63,617 nt of DNA from a virus (IMGVR_UViG_3300031576_000041:1-63617), one strand, 5' to 3'. Shown: positions 21,041-31,430, numbered from the stretch's first letter. The notes: a model not told the origin generated them from the letters alone. Numbers and translations are program-made.

Positions 21041-21271
21041 ATGCCAGAATCAGACGTCGAACCGAGAATCGTTCTGAGTCCAGCCGAGCGGGAGTTCGTT
21101 GTCGCCTATTCCGCACAGGGCATGGAGGCGCGACAGCGTGCTGCCGTGTGCGCCGAAACTATCCGTAACTTCTTGAGCGTTGTGGTCAGAAACCATGGCC
21201 ACGAAGCCGGAATCGAGTTCGAACTCTCGGCGGATTGCTCTACCTTGACGCGCCGGAAACAGGAAGGATAA
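21041..21271 (+). CDS. Hypothetical protein
   Basis: AAGGAG RBS. Confidence 0.55.
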   Translation: MPESDVEPRIVLSPAEREFVVAYSAQGMEARQRAAVCAETIRNFLSVVVRNHGHEAGIEFELSADCSTLTRRKQEG

Positions 21272-21281
21272 CCAAAGCACA

Positions 21282-22109
21282 ATGCCATATCCGTCAACGT
21301 TCGTCGCGGCCGACCCGATCTTGCCCAAGCTCAACGATTGGCTGGTCGGCATTCCCACCTGGCTCGACAATATCAACGCTGCGAGCTTTAACCTCAGCCA
21401 ATTGAAGAACCTCACGTTTCGTCAGAACGTGGCCCCGGCGGCCCCGGCATCGGGAGACATTTCTGTCTACATGGACTCGGGCGATGCCAAGCTGAAATGG
21501 AAAGATTCAGCGGGCACTATTCACTTTGTCGCCAGCAACGCCGCGCTTTTCACCGCCGGCTCGGTAGCATTTGCCGATTCCTCGGGCAGGCTCACGCAGG
21601 ATAACCCCAATCTTTTTTGGGACGACGTCAACAATCGTTTGGGCATCGGCACGGCAGTCCCTACGTCCCGGATTACCGTTGGCGCAGCTTTCGCCAACAC
21701 CGCCAACTCCGCAATTCTGTCAACCAACGCCGGCGCTCTCGGGACCGTCGCGGCGGACGAGATTCGCATTGCCAGCATTGGGTTCACGGCGACGAACGAG
21801 ACACACCTGGGAATCTATGCGTACCGCGTGACCGCCGGCTCCGATTACACTACGGCCGGGATCGGCCTGGGCGTCGACGTTGACAACACTGGCCGTATCG
21901 GCGGGATGCAGATCTTCCTGCATTCGAACGGGAACCTCGGGTTCGGGACCCCCTCCGAATTCGGCGGCGGCACCAAGGTGATAGGCCTGGTCAACAGCAC
22001 CGCGGTGCCGACAACGAACCCCGTCGGGGGAGGAGTCATGTACGTGGAGGCGGGCGCGCTGAAATACAGGGGTTCTGCTGGGACAGTAACAGTGATCGCG
22101 GCAGCCTAA
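21282..22109 (+). CDS. Tail fibre-like protein
   Basis: [21 protein letters not shown] and [23 protein letters not shown] repeats typical of fibres. Confidence 0.7.
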   Translation: MPYPSTFVAADPILPKLNDWLVGIPTWLDNINAASFNLSQLKNLTFRQNVAPAAPASGDISVYMDSGDAKLKWKDSAGTIHFVASNAALFTAGSVAFADSSGRLTQDNPNLFWDDVNNRLGIGTAVPTSRITVGAAFANTANSAILSTNAGALGTVAADEIRIASIGFTATNETHLGIYAYRVTAGSDYTTAGIGLGVDVDNTGRIGGMQIFLHSNGNLGFGTPSEFGGGTKVIGLVNSTAVPTTNPVGGGVMYVEAGALKYRGSAGTVTVIAAA

Positions 22110-22137
22110 AAAAAAACGGAGGAGGCTTACCAAACAT

Positions 22138-24747
22138 ATGGCTGGTGCACAAAAGACCACCCGAAAGTGCCCTATCTGCCAGCAGACTAAGGAAATCGAG
22201 AACCGCTGCGAGACGTGTAGCAACGAGTGCGCCGTGGAACTTCGGAATCGCCGGTTCGCCGAGAAGAAAGCTGCGGCAGAACAAAAACGCATCGCCGCGC
22301 TCTCCACGCTCTCCAATCTGGAGGCGGCCGTGCTCGTGGCGCTACGGAAGCCCGACTCGACCATCGACACCGTTGCGGAAGCCGTGGACCGTTCGCCCAA
22401 AACGGTCCAGGGCATCGTTGTGTCCCTCCAGAAGAAGAGTTTCAACGTCAAGCTGGCGGCCGGGGGCAGGGCCGCGCTTTCTCCCGAAGTGGAACCTGGC
22501 GGCGAGATTGTTCACCCCCTCGGGGACTTCAAGGGTGGATGGCAGGCATTCGGCGCACTGGGCGATAATCACCTGGGAAGCAAGCATGAGCGCATTGATG
22601 TGTTGCGGGCGCTCTACAAAATCTATGCGAATGAAGGTATCGCCACCGTTTACAACCTCGGCAACTGGATCGAGGGAGAATGCCGGCTGAACACGCACGA
22701 CATCAAGGTGTTTGGACTCGACAGACAGGTCGAGTACTTCATCGAGAACTACCCCCAGGAGAAAGGGATCAAGACGTTCTTCATTTCCGGGGACGACCAC
22801 GAGGGGTGGTACCAAAAACGGGAGAGCCTCGTCATCGGGGAACACGCTATGCTACGCGCCCGAGCCGCCGGCCGCCAAGACCTGGTCTGGATCGGACACC
22901 TGGAAGCCGACGTGGAGCTAAAGGCGAAGGATGGAGGGTCCTGCTGGATGAAGCTGATGCATCCTGGCGGCGGCTCTGCCTATGCGCTGAGTTACGCGCC
23001 ACAAAAAATGGTCGAGTGCGTACCGCTAGACTCCGAAATTCTCTCCGAATCTGGCTGGAAGAAGCACGATGAAGTCTCCACCGGGGAGAGGGTCATGGGA
23101 TACCACATAGCAACCGACCGCTGCGAATGGACTACGGTAACCGGCGTAAATCACGGCAGGGCGGAGGTTGTCACCTACAAGAACGATCAGTTTGTGGTCC
23201 GTTGCACACGGAATCACAAATGGGCGATGGAATGGGAGAGCCGTGGAGGGCCAAACCCGAAGAGCCTAGAGCCGGGGACCTATGTGCGTCGGAGCAAGAT
23301 GCTTACAACCATCGACGAAGCCAAGGAGCGATCACGAATTATTCAAACGGCCGTTGGGCCGGATGGGCCAGGCGCTTCGTGGGACGATGAACACGCGGCC
23401 ATCCTTGATCGCAAAAACGCCACAGGATGGGTTTTGAAGATGACGGCCCCGCAACGCGCCGCCTTCGTTTACGGGATGATGCTCGGCGAGGGGGGATTTT
23501 CCGGGAACGGCAACACGCTAGTGTTTTCACAACGGCCAGGTCCAATCCAAGACGCTTTTGTGCTCGCATGTTTCCTTGAGGGAAGGGCGACAGGGGCAAA
23601 CCGCAAGACCACAAAGAAGTTGAACGGCGAGGACAAGGTGTGCTGCAGGACAACCGTAATGAAGAAGCGTATGCGTATGGCCAGCCGCTCACTGCGAGAA
23701 GTTGCGTCATCCGTTCAAGACGTTTGGTGTCCATCAACGGAGCTTGGTACCTGGGTAATGCGTCAGGGCGATATCGTAACCATCACCGGAAACTCCTTTC
23801 AGGGCGGGGAGAAGCCCCGCGTGCTGCTGCTCGGCCACTACCACAAGTTTGACCACTGCGTCCCGCTTACCTCAGACATCCTGACCCCATCCGGGTGGAG
23901 AAACTTCTACCAAATGGAGGAAGGCGAGACCGTGCTCGGCTACAACACAGAGACAGATAGGTGCGAATGGACCACATTGCGCGCCATCAATCTCTACTAC
24001 GACCTGCCGGTCCGAACCTACAAAAGCTCAGTCTATGAGGTCCGCTGTACCGTGGATCATCGGTGGCCAATGGTCAAAAAGTTTTCTGACAGCGTCCTTA
24101 TGGGCAGCATCGATGCAACACCATGCCAACCCCGTATAGTCCAGGCTGCCGTGGGACCAGAAGGTCTTGGGGTCGGCCAGCTTTCGCATGCAGATTGGCT
24201 CAATCGCGGCGATGGGGTAACCTATGTGCTGCGAATGACAAGCAGCGAGAGACGGACGTTTATCCAGGGCATGACTGTCGGTCGAGGCACGCTCCGTTTT
24301 GGCCAGAACCCCGTAAATGAAGCATTCTTGCTGGCATGTTTCTTGGAGGGGATCGCAACCAGTACGTCGCGTTTGGCGACCAGCTCGAATTGTCTGGTCA
24401 CATCGATGCTACGGAGACGCTTTCGCGAGACGCGCTGCTTGAGGGTTATCGATGAAAGAACGGAACCGACATGGTGTCCCACAACCGATCTGGGCACCTG
24501 GGTAATGCGGCAAGGTAGCACCATTACGATCACCGGGAACTGCTACCCTCGAGAGGTCGACGTTTTGCAGACTGGATGCACGTGCGATCAATCAATTTTC
24601 CTGCGGAAGATGAAGATTCAGGCCCACGTCGGTGGTTGCATCGTCCGATACCATCAGCGGCCTGACGGGGTCCTGAACCGCTTTTCGGTGGAGTGGATTC
24701 CATTCTACGACCGCGACTTCTACAGCAACCGGAGGAGCTTCAGGTGA
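22138..24747 (+). CDS. Calcineurin-like metallophosphoesterase with N-terminal Zn/HTH region and two inteins
   Basis: GDNHLG, LGNWIEG, SGDDHE, MHPGGG and GHYH motifs; ~382 aa after splicing. Confidence 0.85.
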   Translation: MAGAQKTTRKCPICQQTKEIENRCETCSNECAVELRNRRFAEKKAAAEQKRIAALSTLSNLEAAVLVALRKPDSTIDTVAEAVDRSPKTVQGIVVSLQKKSFNVKLAAGGRAALSPEVEPGGEIVHPLGDFKGGWQAFGALGDNHLGSKHERIDVLRALYKIYANEGIATVYNLGNWIEGECRLNTHDIKVFGLDRQVEYFIENYPQEKGIKTFFISGDDHEGWYQKRESLVIGEHAMLRARAAGRQDLVWIGHLEADVELKAKDGGSCWMKLMHPGGGSAYALSYAPQKMVECVPLDSEILSESGWKKHDEVSTGERVMGYHIATDRCEWTTVTGVNHGRAEVVTYKNDQFVVRCTRNHKWAMEWESRGGPNPKSLEPGTYVRRSKMLTTIDEAKERSRIIQTAVGPDGPGASWDDEHAAILDRKNATGWVLKMTAPQRAAFVYGMMLGEGGFSGNGNTLVFSQRPGPIQDAFVLACFLEGRATGANRKTTKKLNGEDKVCCRTTVMKKRMRMASRSLREVASSVQDVWCPSTELGTWVMRQGDIVTITGNSFQGGEKPRVLLLGHYHKFDHCVPLTSDILTPSGWRNFYQMEEGETVLGYNTETDRCEWTTLRAINLYYDLPVRTYKSSVYEVRCTVDHRWPMVKKFSDSVLMGSIDATPCQPRIVQAAVGPEGLGVGQLSHADWLNRGDGVTYVLRMTSSERRTFIQGMTVGRGTLRFGQNPVNEAFLLACFLEGIATSTSRLATSSNCLVTSMLRRRFRETRCLRVIDERTEPTWCPTTDLGTWVMRQGSTITITGNCYPREVDVLQTGCTCDQSIFLRKMKIQAHVGGCIVRYHQRPDGVLNRFSVEWIPFYDRDFYSNRRSFR
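23017..23793 (+). mobile_element. Intein 1 (259 aa) with a degenerate LAGLIDADG-like segment
   Basis: Starts CVPLDSEIL, block B TRNHKW, ends TITGN|S; AFVYGMMLGEG. Confidence 0.9.
23857..24540 (+). mobile_element. Intein 2 (228 aa)
   Basis: Starts CVPLTSDIL, block B TVDHRW, ends TITGN|C. Confidence 0.9.
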
Positions 24748-25304
24748 TCGTCGGAGTGCATGGGAGGTTTGGCTCCGGCAAGGATGAGGTCGCCCGGTTC
24801 TTGTCGGAAGCCGGTTTTAAGCGGCGGGCATTCGCCGACCCACTGAAGATCGAGGTCGCCACATTGCTGGCCGGCGCACCCCTTCCGCCAGGACTCCCCG
24901 AAAACCTGGTCGCCCTTATCGATGACCTGGATGGAAAGCCTGCCGCGGTTTTCCGCAAGCCAACCAGCAGAGACGCCAGAGCGCTGCTGCAAGGCTACGG
25001 GACGGAGTTCCGCCGCCGCCAGGAAGATGGATATTGGCTTCGAAGCCTTGAGCCTTATTTGCTCGGGGTCGTGAATGTCGTGATCCCCGATGTACGATTC
25101 AAGAACGAGTTGGGGTTTGTGCGTTCCAAGGGCGGGGTGTGCTGGACAGTCCGGCGGCCAGGACATAACTGCCTGTACGGGGAGGATATCGAATCACACG
25201 AGAGCGAGCACGACCTCGTAGATGCCGTGTTCGACGCCACGGTTTTGAACGACGGGACGCTAGAAGAACTGCAAGCGAAGGTATACGCCCTGTGCGTCTC
25301 GTGA
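24744..25304 (+). CDS. Deoxynucleoside monophosphate kinase
   Basis: GRFGSGKD P-loop, FADPLK, LLQGYGTE, DVRFKNE, HESE; GTGA overlap with the previous gene. Confidence 0.88.
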   Translation: MIVGVHGRFGSGKDEVARFLSEAGFKRRAFADPLKIEVATLLAGAPLPPGLPENLVALIDDLDGKPAAVFRKPTSRDARALLQGYGTEFRRRQEDGYWLRSLEPYLLGVVNVVIPDVRFKNELGFVRSKGGVCWTVRRPGHNCLYGEDIESHESEHDLVDAVFDATVLNDGTLEELQAKVYALCVS

Positions 25305-25308
25305 TACG

Positions 25309-25584
25309 ATGGAAGCAGAGGCCCCCCCCATGAGCGATCTAAGCTGGCTGCAAAAGTTGGAGTGCAAGGGGGCCACGATTTTGATCCTGGCGATCCTAAA
25401 TATCGGCGTCCTCGCCTTTCTCGGGGCCGCCACGATCCTGCGCCCGGATGCGGTTTTCGATTCCGGGGTCCGGCAGATGTTCTGGCTCTCGACGCAGACC
25501 GGTCTTCTGGGCGGCCTCCTGACCGCTCTCAGTAACTCCAAAAAGAACGGCGGGGCCAACGGTAACGGCGCGGCAGGCGGATAA
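25309..25584 (+). CDS. Small two-TM membrane protein (holin-like?)
   Basis: Two hydrophobic segments and a basic tail. Confidence 0.45.
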   Translation: MEAEAPPMSDLSWLQKLECKGATILILAILNIGVLAFLGAATILRPDAVFDSGVRQMFWLSTQTGLLGGLLTALSNSKKNGGANGNGAAGG

Positions 25585-25600
25585 CGAAGGATGATATGCC

Positions 25601-25930
25601 ATGCGCCGGTTGGTGTTCCTGTTCTTGCTGACGGCCCTGTTGGGCGGGCAAAGCGAATCCTTCGACTTTCGTCTACTGGAACTGTATATGCGGGCCATGC
25701 GGGATGCGGAGGTCCAGAGGGTCATCGCCGAACGCGGGCGGGCCAAGCTGGAGGCCGCAGCCTTTCAGGAACGACTGCAGGCCGTGGCCGAGACATGGAG
25801 CGACTTCACCACGGAATATTTTCACGGCGGGACATTCAACATCCGAAAGGCGCAGGAGTTTAACCGGGCCGTGGCTGATCTTCAGTCCGGTCTTGGATGG
25901 CCCAAGGGGAAAAAGACCCCCAGACGCTGA
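25601..25930 (+). CDS. Exported helical protein
   Basis: MRRLVFLFLLTALLGG signal-like N-terminus. Confidence 0.55.
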   Translation: MRRLVFLFLLTALLGGQSESFDFRLLELYMRAMRDAEVQRVIAERGRAKLEAAAFQERLQAVAETWSDFTTEYFHGGTFNIRKAQEFNRAVADLQSGLGWPKGKKTPRR

Positions 25931-27154
25931 TGCAAGTCATCAACCGCGAGTACGAGATGGTGCCGGTTGGGAACATCCGACGTCACCCCAGGAACCCAAG
26001 GCGAGGCGACGTGGATGTTATCGCCGAGAGCATCGGAGGAGAACGGGTTTTTCGGCGCATGCGTTGTCCAGAAATCTACCGGTTTCATCTTGGCCGGCAA
26101 CCACAGGTTCGAGGCTGCCAAGAAGAACGGAGCGGAAACCGTCCCTGCCATTTGGGTCGACGTGGATGACGCCACGGCGTTGCGGATTCTCCTGGCGGAC
26201 AACAGGACCAGTGATGTGGCCACCTACGACTTCGAGGTCCTGGCCAGGATTCTGCTGGAGGTCCAGCAGGCGCAGGGGAGCGCGAAGGGTACCGGCTACG
26301 ATGAGGCCGCCGTCCGGCGCGTCATGGCGCAGGCAAACGTCGTGGTAGCGGCGCGGGATGCTGGCCCCACGGAACCACAAGCCCAGGCCGTCTGTCAGAC
26401 CGGTGATATCTGGGTCCTGGGAAGGCACCGCCTGATGATCGGAGATGCATTGGTGGATGCCGGGACTCTGATGGCTGGCGAGCAGGCCGACTTGGTGTTC
26501 ACCGACCCGCCCTACAACGTCGATTACGAAGGCTATACGGAGGATCGTCTAAAGATCGAAGGCGACAGGATGACCGCGGAGCAGTACTGCGACTTCCTGG
26601 CCTCTGCTTTTGTCGCCTACCGAGCCATCATAAAGCCCACGGCCTCCCTCTACGTCTGCCATCCAGCGTTCTGGCAGCGGCAGTTTCAGGATGCCCTCGA
26701 TGGGGCCGGCTTCGAGATGCGATGCCAGATCATCTGGGCCAAGAACACCTTCGCCTGGGGCTTTGGGCGATACAAGTTCCAGCACGAACCGATCTTCTAC
26801 GCGCACGTTGCCGGCGAGAGCGATGCGTGGTATGGCGATAAGTCGCAAACGACGCTGTGGCAGGTCAACAAGCCATCAGCCAACCGCGAGCATCCCACCG
26901 CCAAGCCAATCGAACTGGTCGAGCGCGCTATAGTGAACAGCAGCCGGCAAGGGGACGTGGTCGTCGATCTATTCGGTGGTTCCGGGTCAACTCTGATAGC
27001 GGCCGAAGGCCTGGGCCGTCAGGCGAGACTCATGGAAATCGACCCGGCCTACGGGGATGTGATTATCAGGCGGTGGGCTGGCTCTGAAGGGAAGGCTACG
27101 TTGGGAGGCCAGGCGTTCGAGGAAGTGGCCCGGCGGCGCGACAAACCCGTCTAG
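25930..27154 (+). pseudogene. ParB-like domain plus N6A/N4C DNA methyltransferase, +1 frameshift at ~26035
   Basis: HPRNPRRGD..ESI[+G]EENGFFGAC..AGNHR; DPPY, HPTAKP, DLFGGSGSTL, EIDP motifs. Confidence 0.85.
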
Positions 27155-27216
27155 GCCGACCAGACCGCCCAGGGCGCGCCCAGGGGGAGGGTTGGCCTCC
27201 AGCTACCACCCAGGCC

Positions 27217-28104
27217 TCACCGACGCGCCCAGCGCATCCCCTGGGGGGCCGGCCAGGGTCTGGCGCCCGCCCTTGCCTGTAGTGTCATTTGCTCCTTATC
27301 GGGTTGGATGATCCACTGGTGTCGGCAGTTGTACCCGCCGCCAGTCACAAATGGGTTGGGCAACTGCCCGTTCCGCATGTCCGTGATTTGCTCGCGGGTG
27401 TATGTCCGCTGCGACTTCATGAGGCGCGCGCAGAATGGACGGATCAGCTTGTCAACCGGCCCTTCGTAGCGATAACGCATTGCCTCTTCCGTGGTGGTCG
27501 AGTCGCGCTCTATGATCTCGAATCCGCGCGCCGCGATCCCCCGGTAGAACGTAGAGAGGGAAGTCCCTGCTAGCGTCGTGGCGTCGCCCAATGATACGCT
27601 TAGTCGGTCGGCGATCATGCTGGTCAGATCTCTAAACGGGAGACCACCAACTGAAAATAGGCTCTGTTGCTGCGCGAGTTCGGCGGCGCGGGACACCATC
27701 CCCCGAAGTGAGGTATCTGCGCTAAGCTGCTGCGACGAGAACAGCGCCAAGTCCCGCTGTGAGAATTCGAACCGCGCAAGTGGGGTCTTGATGGTCTCGC
27801 TGATTTCCTGGATGACCTGCTGGAAATACTGGAACTGGCCGGGGAACTGCCCGACGAAGGCCTCGACCAGGGTCCCATAGCCGGCCCGATCCATGGTCTC
27901 CATGAACATCGTGCTGAATCTACGGAGCACAGCGCGGTTGCCCGCTGTGTTCTGAATTACCCCTTGCTCGATGATAAGCTCCTGCTGTAGCTGTGCGGTT
28001 ATGGAGGCCTGGGCCTGACCGATAATACGCTGGAGGCGGTTGGTGAACTCGGACGTTAGTGACTCGATGGAGCCGACTTGCCTTCGGATTGCATCGCTTG
28101 GCAT
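27217..28104 (-). CDS. Head morphogenesis/minor capsid protein (Mu F / SPP1 gp7-like)
   Basis: Y.Y.GP.D..IRPFC...GGYNCRHQW. Confidence 0.75.
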   Translation of the reverse strand: MPSDAIRRQVGSIESLTSEFTNRLQRIIGQAQASITAQLQQELIIEQGVIQNTAGNRAVLRRFSTMFMETMDRAGYGTLVEAFVGQFPGQFQYFQQVIQEISETIKTPLARFEFSQRDLALFSSQQLSADTSLRGMVSRAAELAQQQSLFSVGGLPFRDLTSMIADRLSVSLGDATTLAGTSLSTFYRGIAARGFEIIERDSTTTEEAMRYRYEGPVDKLIRPFCARLMKSQRTYTREQITDMRNGQLPNPFVTGGGYNCRHQWIIQPDKEQMTLQARAGARPWPAPQGMRWARR

Positions 28105-28128
28105 TTATCGGTCCGGGGGCAAAGAGGC

Positions 28129-29103
28129 TTACGCCCGATTCAGCATCTGGTAGATGGTGTGGTACACATCGGCAACCTGGCCCTCGTCCAGCAGGGTTCC
28201 GCTCAAGATCGGGGCCGCCGCCAGCGTGTAAGTCTTTGTGGCGTAGTCGATCAGCGTGGAGTTTTGCAGATACATCTTGTCGGCTGTTGATCCGACGTAG
28301 ATGTTCCAGTCCGTTGCCTTGAGTGGAGTCAATGCTCCCTGCGCCATCCCGATCTTAGGGTGCTTTCCGTCCGGGGCGGTTAGGTTGCTGATATCGACCT
28401 TGAGGACGTTGCTGGCCGGAATGGTAAAGGACAGCGGCTCGCTCGGGCCGGATTCCCCATTCCCCTTGTCCGTGGCGCTCTTGTACTTGGAATCGTCGAC
28501 CCACGTGATAGCCACGAAGTAGGCCCCTTCCGCGGCCGCCCCGCTCGCTACGGTCGTGAGGTTCCCCGACTCGCTCCATTCGCCGGCCCCGAACTCATGG
28601 AGCGCTCCAGGGCAAGCCATGGGAGACAACACCAGAGGGACCCCGAGATTCATGACCATCGGCCAGACGCGCGACCGTAGTTCGTCTGCATACAGCGTCG
28701 CCTTCTTCTCGAAACGGTCTGAAACCTTCCTGGCGTAAGCAGCACGAAAAAGCCTTTGCAGGGCGTAGTAGGTGACCCACTGCTTCAGGTGGGACATGTA
28801 CCCCGGCTGCTGGCTGGTGACGCAGACCTGGGAAAGATGAAAGCGTGGTACGTTGCCGGGCGTTGCTACTGGCCAGACGTTCAGCAGCGCCCCGATGTGC
28901 GGAGCACTGATTCCGGGGGGGGCCATGTGACCGAAGCTCTGTGCGGCATCCAGAAGCCGACGTCCACACTCGTCGCATGCCTGGCGACCCAGGCCATTCA
29001 CTCCGTCGATGGCAAGCTGCTCTGTTGTGACAACGGAAGGGGTCTCGCCATCGATCATGGCGAGGTCGGCTTGGCGGACAAAGTCGCGGTCAGTCCAGAG
29101 CAT
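28129..29103 (-). CDS. Putative head-tail adaptor/virion protein
   Basis: 324 aa downstream of the capsid genes; C-terminal GES.PS...WNIY beta module. Confidence 0.55.
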   Translation of the reverse strand: MLWTDRDFVRQADLAMIDGETPSVVTTEQLAIDGVNGLGRQACDECGRRLLDAAQSFGHMAPPGISAPHIGALLNVWPVATPGNVPRFHLSQVCVTSQQPGYMSHLKQWVTYYALQRLFRAAYARKVSDRFEKKATLYADELRSRVWPMVMNLGVPLVLSPMACPGALHEFGAGEWSESGNLTTVASGAAAEGAYFVAITWVDDSKYKSATDKGNGESGPSEPLSFTIPASNVLKVDISNLTAPDGKHPKIGMAQGALTPLKATDWNIYVGSTADKMYLQNSTLIDYATKTYTLAAAPILSGTLLDEGQVADVYHTIYQMLNRA

Positions 29104-29201
29104 TTTGGTGCCCCCTGAAAATCAAAACTGCCGCCGGCCGCCAAGACCTGGTTGGGTCCCAAGCGGCCGAGCGGCAGCCTTGGAAGCTCGTTGATTCCTG
29201 G

Positions 29202-29618
29202 TTACGGGTTCGGGCCGCCGAACGGGAAGATGGTATCCAGCAGGTCCTCGACCCCTGGGCTGTGGATGCATCTCACGCTCCGAACGCGGCTCAGGGCATC
29301 CAGAAGGTCGTACAGGTCGTTTGGCTTCAGGTCGCACCTGATCCGCTTCACGCTTCCGCCCGCGGTAAACGCGCCGTTGCCGGACGAGCCGTCGAGCGTG
29401 AACGTATTGGCGTCCACGCGGGTCACCGCGAAGTAACCATTGGCCGCCGTGTTGCCGCCGACGTTGTAGACTGCGACCTTGTCGCTGGTCTGAAGCCCGT
29501 GCGCCGTCGACGTAACGGAGATGGGCGTCGCGTTGGTCGCCCCCGTGATCGCCGTGGCTGCCAGCGCCGTGGCCTTATCGAGCACGGCACGAATCTGAGC
29601 GTTTGTCAGTTTTGGCAT
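29202..29618 (-). CDS. Small protein made mostly of the FCCH-like beta domain
   Basis: AITGATNATPI..T.TAHGL...GNTAANG...NTFTL..S.GNGA.T.GG. Confidence 0.75.
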   Translation of the reverse strand: MPKLTNAQIRAVLDKATALAATAITGATNATPISVTSTAHGLQTSDKVAVYNVGGNTAANGYFAVTRVDANTFTLDGSSGNGAFTAGGSVKRIRCDLKPNDLYDLLDALSRVRSVRCIHSPGVEDLLDTIFPFGGPNP

Positions 29619-29640
29619 GGTGTTTTTTCCCCTTCTTTCG

Positions 29641-29671
29641 CTGGCGGCGGCCCTGCAAAAACCGCCGCCAG
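29641..29671. terminator. GC-rich hairpin between head genes
   Basis: CTGGCGGCGG...CCGCCGCCAG 10-bp stem; no clear U-tract on the - strand. Confidence 0.35.
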
Positions 29672-29685
29672 AAAGGGCGGAGTCT

Positions 29686-30051
29686 TTACGACTCCAGCCA
29701 GGCCTCGTAGTCCACCGATGGCGACGCCCCCGTGATCTCGTCCAACTGGCAACGGATCACGGCGCTCGCGGTCCCGAACCGTAGCGATGGGAAGTCGTTC
29801 TTGGTGACGCTGAAAACCTTCGGGGCGTCCGCCTCAACCTTGCCCTGCACGCTGAACGCCGGGCCGGGCAGTTGCGCGGTGAAGGCGTTCACCGAATCCG
29901 GGAAACTGAAACGAATCTTCCCGCCAGCCGGCACCGCCTTCAGGACCTTAAGATGCAGAGTCCAGTACCCCGAGATGCCGGAGACATCGACGCTGGAGCC
30001 GTTGGCAGCAGCCGTCCTGGTGACCTTCGCCTGAACAGAGGTGATAGCCAT
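29686..30051 (-). CDS. Putative capsid decoration/virion protein
   Basis: 121-aa beta-rich ORF with GGGAG RBS. Confidence 0.6.
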   Translation of the reverse strand: MAITSVQAKVTRTAAANGSSVDVSGISGYWTLHLKVLKAVPAGGKIRFSFPDSVNAFTAQLPGPAFSVQGKVEADAPKVFSVTKNDFPSLRFGTASAVIRCQLDEITGASPSVDYEAWLES

Positions 30052-30123
30052 GGTTGTTTACTCCCTTTCGTGTTTTCCTTTTCCGCCCGCCCCCCCCGCG
30101 CTCAGGCCAACAGCCTGGGCCAT

Positions 30124-30414
30124 TTAGGGGTTGACGATCCTGATGTTCTGCAACGCCCGTTTCATTTCCTGCTCCGCCAACTTCGCCCCATGCTCTGACT
30201 GACGCTTCTCGTAGGCCCGAACCTCGACGTCAGTCGCAACCCGGTGTGTCTGATCCACAAGGCAGCGGGCGGCCGTCAGTGAATCAGCCAGCACCACAGA
30301 ACCAGGCAACGTGCCCTTGTCGTGGTTGGCAATCGAGATGAGCCAGTGATCCTTCTCCGACCCGATCTCCGCTTGCTTCTCCCGCACCACCCTCCAGTAA
30401 CTTCGTGCGTCCAT
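30124..30414 (-). CDS. Hypothetical protein
   Basis: GGAGAGGA leader; 96 aa. Confidence 0.6.
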   Translation of the reverse strand: MDARSYWRVVREKQAEIGSEKDHWLISIANHDKGTLPGSVVLADSLTAARCLVDQTHRVATDVEVRAYEKRQSEHGAKLAEQEMKRALQNIRIVNP

Positions 30415-30480
30415 GTTTTGTCCTCTCCGTGTCCGGGGGGGGCCGCTGGCAGACGACCCCCCTGCATTTTATCAGCCCGG

Positions 30481-31380
30481 TTAGCTGAGTAACCGCACCC
30501 CGAACTGGCCGCGCAGCACGGCAGAACCGTAGAGCACGTCGACCGTGAACTGCTGCGACAGCGTGTTCGGCTGGTAGCTCATCACCACCCGAAGTCCGAA
30601 ACTCCCGAACTCCGCGAACTCGGCGATGGCCCCGGTGCCAGGCAGCGGCTGAGGGAGCCGACGAGTCACCAGGGCGAAGGCGTCCCGCGCGAAGGCCAGG
30701 TTGTAGATCGTCGAACCGACCTTCTTCACGTTCTGGCTGCGGAAAACTTCGAAGTTCTTCAGCCGCCCCACCATGCCCGTGCGGATGGCCGAGCCTTCGC
30801 CAACCTTCTCCGCCTCGGTAAAGCGTGGAAGCTGGCGGACGTCCCCATACCCGTCGCCGCTCAGCACGAGCACGCGGCCAGCGGCCTCGGGGACCTTCGC
30901 CGCAAACAGGCTGCGCTCGGCGGCGTCCACCGCGGACTCCGTGATGGCGGTGTTGGCCGTGCCCACGTCGGCGTTGTATGTCAACAGGGCGTACAGCCCG
31001 AACAGGTCGGCCTCGATCCTCTCCGCCACAGCAATCACCGAGGGGTCCATGTAGGTCCGAATCAGATCCGGGCTGGCCAGGGCCTTGGCGATGTCCGTGA
31101 TGACAAAGGTGGACTCGGCGTGTGTGTTCAGAACGACCTGGGCGTTACCGAGCGCCGGGTTCTGGTTTGTGACCGACCCGCCCTCGGCGATGTTACTCGC
31201 CACCATCGGAGGCGCGATGGGGACGTTGACCGTGTCGCCTACCGCCGCCAGATCGGACTCGTAACTGCGGTTGACCAGGTTCCCCATCACGAGGTTGGAC
31301 ACCAGCGCCGGAAGCGCATCGGTGGCCACCATCTTGACAATTGCCTGCGCTGCATTCTGGCTCGTGATTTCGTTTGCCAT
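30481..31380 (-). CDS. Major capsid protein (P22 coat-like, HK97 fold)
   Basis: LVMGNLVNRSYE...GDTVNVP...AFARDAFALVTRRL...VDVLYG. Confidence 0.88.
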   Translation of the reverse strand: MANEITSQNAAQAIVKMVATDALPALVSNLVMGNLVNRSYESDLAAVGDTVNVPIAPPMVASNIAEGGSVTNQNPALGNAQVVLNTHAESTFVITDIAKALASPDLIRTYMDPSVIAVAERIEADLFGLYALLTYNADVGTANTAITESAVDAAERSLFAAKVPEAAGRVLVLSGDGYGDVRQLPRFTEAEKVGEGSAIRTGMVGRLKNFEVFRSQNVKKVGSTIYNLAFARDAFALVTRRLPQPLPGTGAIAEFAEFGSFGLRVVMSYQPNTLSQQFTVDVLYGSAVLRGQFGVRLLS

Positions 31381-31430
31381 GTGTGTTCACCCCTCTTTTT
31401 GAAGGTCTCCTGTTTCCTTTCCTTTTTCCC

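Noticed and set aside
27151-27280. Second GGY-NN array on the - strand
   Set aside because: GC-rich with scattered GGC but no sustained 5-nt register
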